Source: an uncultured bacterium (GTDB lineage Bacteria; Patescibacteriota; Minisyncoccia; Phycocordibacterales; CAIZLB01). From it: a stretch of 62,017 bases of DNA. Positions 37,101 to 41,800 of the stretch are shown piece after piece. A program made the translations under genes and the position numbers. The DNA lies in assembly GCA_903936565.1 (NCBI GenBank), contig CAIZVZ010000004.1, positions 1 through 62,017 on the forward strand, read 5' to 3'. The notes under the pieces were generated by a model. It saw only the letters and a program-made list of their open reading frames with translations. It was not told the DNA's origin and made no database searches. Position 1 is the stretch's first letter; every line of letters starts with the position of its first letter.

Positions 37101-38303
37101 ATTTTGTAAATTATTTGTAGAAAGCGCAACTGCCCCGCCAGATGTATTATCTATTAATCCCCCGTTTATTATAAGAGTACTTGTACCAACAGCTCCTGCA
37201 TTATTAATATTCAAGATTCCTCCGTTCAAAACAATTCCTCCAGAAATACTATTTACACCAGCCAAAGTCAAAGTACCAGAACTCACTGTGGTTGTACCAG
37301 ACATTGTAATTGTAGAACTTGTCGCTTCTGTAATTGTACCTGTGTAACCAGAATTTATTTTAAGATTTTTAACATTTACATTTGTATCAATAACGGCCGA
37401 GCTTGTGGCACCAGTATCAAATATAGCGGTATCATCCACACCGGGTACACCAACACCATCTGATCCGCCAGTTGTAGCTGACCAATTAGCACTATTACCC
37501 CAGCTTCCCCCATTGGTCCCAACCCAATAATAATTATTTGATGTATAACTTAAACTTACATTATTCAGTATTGGAGTGTTAATCCCATCGGAAGATATGA
37601 GAGTTGTTTTGTAGTAAAGAGAACCACTCCACAAAAGGCCCGCAAGATTTATACTGTTTGTTCCAGCGGACAAAGTATTAAAATCATTTAAGACACCTGA
37701 GGAACTATACCAAGAATTTCCATCTTGGCTAAACTGAATTTGAACACTTGTATTTGGTGGAAGAGATGAAATTGTATATCCAAAACTATTGATAGAAGCT
37801 ACGCCATCGGCGGGTAAAAAATTAGTTGATGATAATGTTCCACTAGATGAATATGTAAAAAATGTTCCTTCAAAAGAAGTGAAGGCTACACTCACGGAGT
37901 TTAAAACAGGAGTATCTGTTCCATCTGTAACAAATATTACTCTATAGAAAAAGTAGGCTTTTTTCCATCCCATATTAGACAGATCTATTGTATTTGTTCC
38001 AACAGAAAGATTATCCCATGAATCCACCACGCCAGTAGAGCTGTACCACGATACATTATCATAGCTAAATTGCATTTTTAAACTAGTACCCTCGGGAATT
38101 GCCGTGGCATTATACGTCACACTGTTTATCATTGATGTTCCCTCAACCGGCAGAAAGTTGGTGGATGTAATCATACCTCCGTCCATATATGAGCCCGTAG
38201 AAAAAGTATGAAGGGGTACCAGAGAGACAGAAAAAATAGCAACTATTGCAGATATTATAAAAATATATCTAGCTATTTTTTTTGTAAATAAGTATCCAAT
38301 CAT
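34119..38303 (-). CDS. Giant surface protein (1394 aa) with a duplicated N-terminal domain, autotransporter-associated beta-strand (PATR-like) repeats and a beta-helix region
   Basis: N-terminal anchor. Two ~140-aa copies of TSTNFLP..G..INS..Y....P..TS...QFS.D..SWYSS.GV......LS.GTN.I.L. PATR-like runs (SGTLTLAGVNSISGGIVLNGGILNINNAG..., GGLSLNGVNTYSGRTTLNAGSLNLSN). GNGGNGG/GNGGDSG segments resemble the partial ORF at 1..483. Confidence 0.65.
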   Translation of the reverse strand: MIGYLFTKKIARYIFIISAIVAIFSVSLVPLHTFSTGSYMDGGMITSTNFLPVEGTSMINSVTYNATAIPEGTSLKMQFSYDNVSWYSSTGVVDSWDNLSVGTNTIDLSNMGWKKAYFFYRVIFVTDGTDTPVLNSVSVAFTSFEGTFFTYSSSGTLSSTNFLPADGVASINSFGYTISSLPPNTSVQIQFSQDGNSWYSSSGVLNDFNTLSAGTNSINLAGLLWSGSLYYKTTLISSDGINTPILNNVSLSYTSNNYYWVGTNGGSWGNSANWSATTGGSDGVGVPGVDDTAIFDTGATSSAVIDTNVNVKNLKINSGYTGTITEATSSTITMSGTTTVSSGTLTLAGVNSISGGIVLNGGILNINNAGAVGTSTLIINGGLIDNTSGGAVALSTNNLQNWNGNFTFGGTNNLNLGTGAITLSATTTVTVNGVNKTLTAGGVIGGSYGLTKGGAGGLSLNGVNTYSGRTTLNAGSLNLSNSSSLGTGALYQTGGILNVYGSSSVSNYFNVTAGNVEFNNNSIFNGVMDITTGFVADFNDSSYNKGIINGAARFAYATSGTISLSGVMSYGTVTGSVKGLADNISITHLVFHDSSYSNGTTTVASSSTMKFYDTSYNSGAISILSGGTIDFYGSGVNTGRINVASGGILNFHDSSSNNGGTISVASGWAVNFYDSSFNRDSTSSVAVGGVFDFYDYSYNNGMVNGNVTFHDDISQNTGTINGSTTREYNADATTTRNFTTDGGHSDWIIIARGVVVNISNAIYNLATNIFKAFSNGFFIFGANIAGGPVIPQISISSPLVGTSTIKWAPSIDWGTGTSSCEYKIDAENYQPLNCALGGRDIPRPGGGEHTLYVKAVDVKGNLSERSIVFNYDNATPVWTACGSDLLDEVTRPYYYLASSTSETCTATVDTSLFGNAQTTASSSIAEGVGFSIGGFEGGGHNITLKNITITGTTTSNGATLTIQNATTSDVVVSGSQNGQSGGTTTVATSTTGRIFANGANGTGNGGNGGVVIIYNSDGTVTDTIVTANGGNSTDCGNGGDSGIINITNSNNYSATSVVGEGNNRTCPSSEHSSGSIISPPVVVNRPIIIPPAVSGNNNPNNTNRGNSGGSVDTKFLNMNNSLNKLNLSNLPKVGLGDIGKNFGVSKLVNPLVNMLDLQPVTGFSSLPKLKLFNKVDVLFDNSLPKSLVNISKLVPSINKELNKAGIINGYDLYMMKESPIETPTLHELAKEKVPQPTTLMFISVDGLEKKTKLSIDKKGNAYQIISVEPESYIYVNLKNKDKEVTATFNNEYVKFVKNKDGIIKLNVMTPRALGLYTLKVGTLILEVRVVNKVVEDVTGVTGDAGVIDTNGKSNANRYTVTTSTPASNMGTRTGTGEPKKLSPIIKLWNFFGGK

Positions 38304-38404
38304 GATATCTTTTAATTACTCAATAATAACATTTTTTATTAATAAATGCTCTTAAATTTTTTACCCTAGGATGTGGACAAGTTTTAAGTCAACATTTGGT
38401 TTAT

Positions 38405-39652
38405 TTAATGGAAAGGTGATATATTTACCCTCTTTAATCCAACCTTAGTAAACCCCTCATTGATATTAATAATTTCCTTAAACTTTGGATCTAAATACCC
38501 TAAAATCATCTTTTTGCGAAGCTTATAGGTATTAAAATGACCCATCATACCTAGATATGAATTTACACAAGCTACCGCCCTCCTATTATTCTTACCAACA
38601 GTCTCAACGGTCCCAACAACCTCTACCTCACCTTTCTTCAAAACACCATTAAATTCTTGAATCTTTTTATAAAAACTAGTCTTTGTTTTGTTTCTAATAT
38701 AAAGACGATACGGTTTTATAAAAGCTCCCAAAAACAATACTCCGTTGTTGATATGTTGAAGATATATCTTTTTTGGATGCAAATCAAGCAAAAGTTTGTC
38801 TTTTAAATATTGTCTTATAGTAGGAATTATGGATTTTAAATACTCTTTATCTTTATGAACAATTACCATATCATCTACATATCGCCCGTAATACTTGCAG
38901 CCAAGCTCATATTTTACAAAATGATCAAAATCATCCAGATAGACGTTCCCAAACAACTGGGAAGTTAGGTTTCCGATAGGTAAACCCGTGTCTAATTTTG
39001 CACCAAATAGACTTTTAGATTTTGGTAGTCCCTGCCAGTTTTCTTTGCTTCCCTTCACGACACAATGTTTTGTTGGGTCATGGAATATTGTTTGGCTAAT
39101 AAGATTCAGCAGCCAAACAGTATCAAACACATAACCTGCCTTAACCTTAACTTCACCATTTACATCTTTTGACTTATTCATTTTTTCTTCAATCTTTTTA
39201 TATAAAATATTTTTATCAATAGACATAAAATACCCCTTGATATCTAATTTTAATACATAACAATCTGATTTGTAATTTTGTGAACAAGAACGAATAAAAT
39301 GATCTAGTCTCTTAATTCCGCACAACGTCCCCTTTCCTTTTCTACAGCTATAACTATCATCAATAAAGGAAGAATCAAATATTGGATTTATGTAATTAAA
39401 AATTAAATGATGAATAATTCTATCTCTAAAGTCAGCGGCAAAAATTTCTCTTTTTAGTGGTTTGAAAGATATGAAGCAGGAGCTTTTGCTAATTACGTAT
39501 GACCCGCTGGTAATTTCTCTACCAAGTTCCAATAATCTTTTTTCATATTCTATCTCAAATTTTAACTGACTCGATGTTCCACGTTTGTTTTTCCTAGCGA
39601 AATAATATGCATCAAACAAATCATGTAAAATCTTTCTGTTGTTAGCCTGCAT
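38405..39652 (-). CDS. DGR-type reverse transcriptase
   Basis: RT motifs are DIKGYFMSID, LPIGNLTSQLFGNVYL (the I/LGxxxSQ form characteristic of DGR RTs), YGRYVDDMVIV (YxDD) and LHPKKIYL. It lies 122 nt downstream of the TR. Confidence 0.9.
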   Translation of the reverse strand: MQANNRKILHDLFDAYYFARKNKRGTSSQLKFEIEYEKRLLELGREITSGSYVISKSSCFISFKPLKREIFAADFRDRIIHHLIFNYINPIFDSSFIDDSYSCRKGKGTLCGIKRLDHFIRSCSQNYKSDCYVLKLDIKGYFMSIDKNILYKKIEEKMNKSKDVNGEVKVKAGYVFDTVWLLNLISQTIFHDPTKHCVVKGSKENWQGLPKSKSLFGAKLDTGLPIGNLTSQLFGNVYLDDFDHFVKYELGCKYYGRYVDDMVIVHKDKEYLKSIIPTIRQYLKDKLLLDLHPKKIYLQHINNGVLFLGAFIKPYRLYIRNKTKTSFYKKIQEFNGVLKKGEVEVVGTVETVGKNNRRAVACVNSYLGMMGHFNTYKLRKKMILGYLDPKFKEIININEGFTKVGLKRVNISPFH

Positions 39653-39774
39653 TAACAGAATTATAACAAAGATGACTCAATGAACAAGCGGCGCTAACAA
39701 TGTGATGATGATGAAATTATTATAATCCCAAATGAAATACCCCAAGTATTTCTTGAGGTATTTCACTATCCAGC

Positions 39775-39962
39775 CCTTGAGGCAACGCACAGAAAAGCCG
39801 TAGGCCTTGGTGTTCAAGTTCCGGTTGACACCAGCGTTGCCAGAGTTCAGGTTGTGGTTCCAGGCTGTAGTACCACTTGCAACAGATGACCAAAAGTTCG
39901 TGTTCGTCCCCAGATTGTTGAAAGAGCCATCGGTATTGCGGTAGCCTGAAAGGAAACCCCTA
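39775..39962 (-). repeat. DGR template repeat (TR)
   Basis: Identical to 41806-41993 at 180 of 188 positions (constant offset 2031). In the target frame it reads ...FNNLGTNTNFWSS...AWNHNLNSGNAGVNRNLNTKAYGFSVRCLK, which is rich in AAC codons. Confidence 0.9.
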
Positions 39963-40203
39963 ACGCAAGAATAATCATTGATTTCCTTCTGTTAGCCTAA
40001 CGGAAAACAAAAGTTTATATAATTTCCATAAATTATCATATATTCCTCAAAACTAAATACATTGATATGCAAAAGACTTGAGAAGATTATTGGGCTGATT
40101 AAGGCACGCCTATCTTTGCCGTAACAAAAGATAGTTCTGGCCGATATTCCGATATTTGCAAAAAACAACATAGAAAAAACATATCTACGTTTCTATCTTA
40201 TTT

Positions 40204-40545
40204 CTAACCACTTGTTTTTTGCCAAGCGTATAACTGCAAAGAAACTTCTTCAATTCTTTCATTAAGAGATATAAATTTATTCAAACCAATTTGTTTAAGA
40301 TCCTTAATTAATCTAAGATATAAACGCACCACCTCTAAATGATCTATCGCTGATTCCAGTAATTTATATTTTGACAAACTATTGTTTGCTCTATAAATAT
40401 CTGCAATCATCCATGATATCTCCCTCTTCAGGTCTTCTCCAATGGTATACTTGTATTCACGTTTAAAGTTTTTAGTAAAAATAAATACATCCAACAGAAA
40501 ATCATAACTTGCCTTATATACAGGAAGATTACTGTGGATAGTCAT
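40204..40545 (-). CDS. avd: Avd-like four-helix-bundle protein (DGR accessory variability determinant)
   Basis: 113 aa. LPVYKASYDFLLDVFIFTKNFKREYKYTIGEDLKREISWMIADIYRAN fits the Avd / 23S-rRNA-IVS four-helix-bundle family pattern. It sits between the target and the TR. Confidence 0.8.
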   Translation of the reverse strand: MTIHSNLPVYKASYDFLLDVFIFTKNFKREYKYTIGEDLKREISWMIADIYRANNSLSKYKLLESAIDHLEVVRLYLRLIKDLKQIGLNKFISLNERIEEVSLQLYAWQKTSG

Positions 40546-41596
40546 GGTCTATTTGTTGATTATAATTATTTTTCTTTTTAGAGTCTAGAATATTTTGTAC
40601 CTTACGATCAAAATCAGAAATATAATTTTTATCTTGTTCAACCTGATATTTTTCATATTCCCCCAACACTAAGGTCTCAGCCACAGCATGACTAACCTTA
40701 CCTAAATCACTCAAAATGTCACGGTCGTTTAATTTTAAAAACTCACCAAGCTTACTCTCCCAATCCAACATAAACATAGCCTTTTTGTGCTTAGCCTGTG
40801 ATTCAGCAAAAATCAAATATTGCTCCACTATATTATTTAGACCAGCAAGTTCTTCTTCGTTTAAATAATTTTTAGCTACCAACATATCCGTTTTGCGTAT
40901 GACACCCTGTGGACCATTTTTCCAATTGGTGAGGCCTAAATTTAGCTTACTACTACCCACACGACTAGTAATTATTTCAGCAGCCGTTTGACCTGAAATA
41001 GCAAAGTGTAACTTATTTTGTACGGTGGCAAAAAAATGTTGAGCTTCAATACTATTTTTATCATAATCTACACTACACTGTGCATAAATATCTGTGATTT
41101 TTTGATAAAATCTACGCTCACTGCTGCGAATATCCGCAACACGGGCTAACTGCTCTTCAAAATAATCTTGACCAAAGGTGTAGTTTGGAGTTTTTAACCT
41201 TTCATCGTCCATTGTAAATCCCTTAATAATATATTCTTTTAGTCGTTCTGTCGCCCAGATACGAAATTGGGTAGCATTAGAAGAATTAACACGATATCCC
41301 ACGGAAATAATTGCATCTAAATTATAATGTTTCGTCTTGTATTTTTTACCATCACTGGCAGTTACCGAGAATTCCTCGGTAACTGATTTTTCTTGTAATT
41401 CATTGCTCTCAAAGATATTTTTAAGGTGTAAAGAGACATTATCGGTTGAACAATTAAAAAGTGACGCAATAAGCTTTTGTGTAAGCCAAATATTTTCATT
41501 GTGTAAAAATATCTCTACTTTTACCTTGCCATTTGGTGTAGTATAGAGTAAAAATTCTGTGAAGCTATTCTGTTTTATAATTTGATTATTTTTCAT
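40529..41596 (-). CDS. RhuM-family protein
   Basis: FLLYTTPNGKVKVEIFLHNENIWLTQKLIASLF...HYNLDAIISVGYRVNSSNATQFRIWATERLKEYIIKGFTMDDERLK matches the RhuM family pattern as I recall it. Its 3' end overlaps the avd start by 17 nt. Confidence 0.7.
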   Translation of the reverse strand: MKNNQIIKQNSFTEFLLYTTPNGKVKVEIFLHNENIWLTQKLIASLFNCSTDNVSLHLKNIFESNELQEKSVTEEFSVTASDGKKYKTKHYNLDAIISVGYRVNSSNATQFRIWATERLKEYIIKGFTMDDERLKTPNYTFGQDYFEEQLARVADIRSSERRFYQKITDIYAQCSVDYDKNSIEAQHFFATVQNKLHFAISGQTAAEIITSRVGSSKLNLGLTNWKNGPQGVIRKTDMLVAKNYLNEEELAGLNNIVEQYLIFAESQAKHKKAMFMLDWESKLGEFLKLNDRDILSDLGKVSHAVAETLVLGEYEKYQVEQDKNYISDFDRKVQNILDSKKKNNYNQQIDHDYPQ

Positions 41597-41681
41597 GATA
41601 TTTTGGCCGTTCTATTGCTTTCATACTTTCCTTACCCCCATTTTGAACTATCAACTTTTGGTTTACAGTTCATTAATTTTG

Positions 41682-41758
41682 GGCGATTCAGCAGGCGATT
41701 CAGCAGAATTGCCTGCTGGGCGATTTTACAAAATCGAGCCTACTAGGCGCTCCGCGCC
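41682..41758 (-). other. Structured non-coding 3' flank of the DGR target gene
   Basis: Tandem GGCGATTCAG at 41682-41691 and 41694-41703. An 8-bp stem CAGCAGGC/GCCTGCTG (41689-41696 with 41711-41718). Palindrome CGATTTT-ac-AAAATCG (41721-41736). GC hairpin GGCGC-tcc-GCGCC (41746-41758). Confidence 0.6.
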
Positions 41759-41762
41759 CGAA

Positions 41763-41795
41763 GCAAATAGGGCAAATCCCGCAAATGGGGCAAAT
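41763..41795 (-). repeat. Four phased GCAAAT (coding-strand ATTTGC) hexamers at 9-bp spacing
   Basis: GCAAAT at 41763, 41772, 41781 and 41790, separated by agg, ccc and ggg. They end 5 nt from the target stop codon (41801-41803). Confidence 0.85.
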
Positions 41796-41800
41796 GAGCA

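Noticed and set aside
39635-40005. Short similarity AGGCTAACA(ACA)GAA at the RT start codon region (39636-39653) and just upstream of the TR (39988-40000)
   Set aside because: It is only about 12-15 nt with an indel. One copy is coding (MQANNRK), so it is plausibly chance. It is noted here so a systematic repeat search can revisit it.
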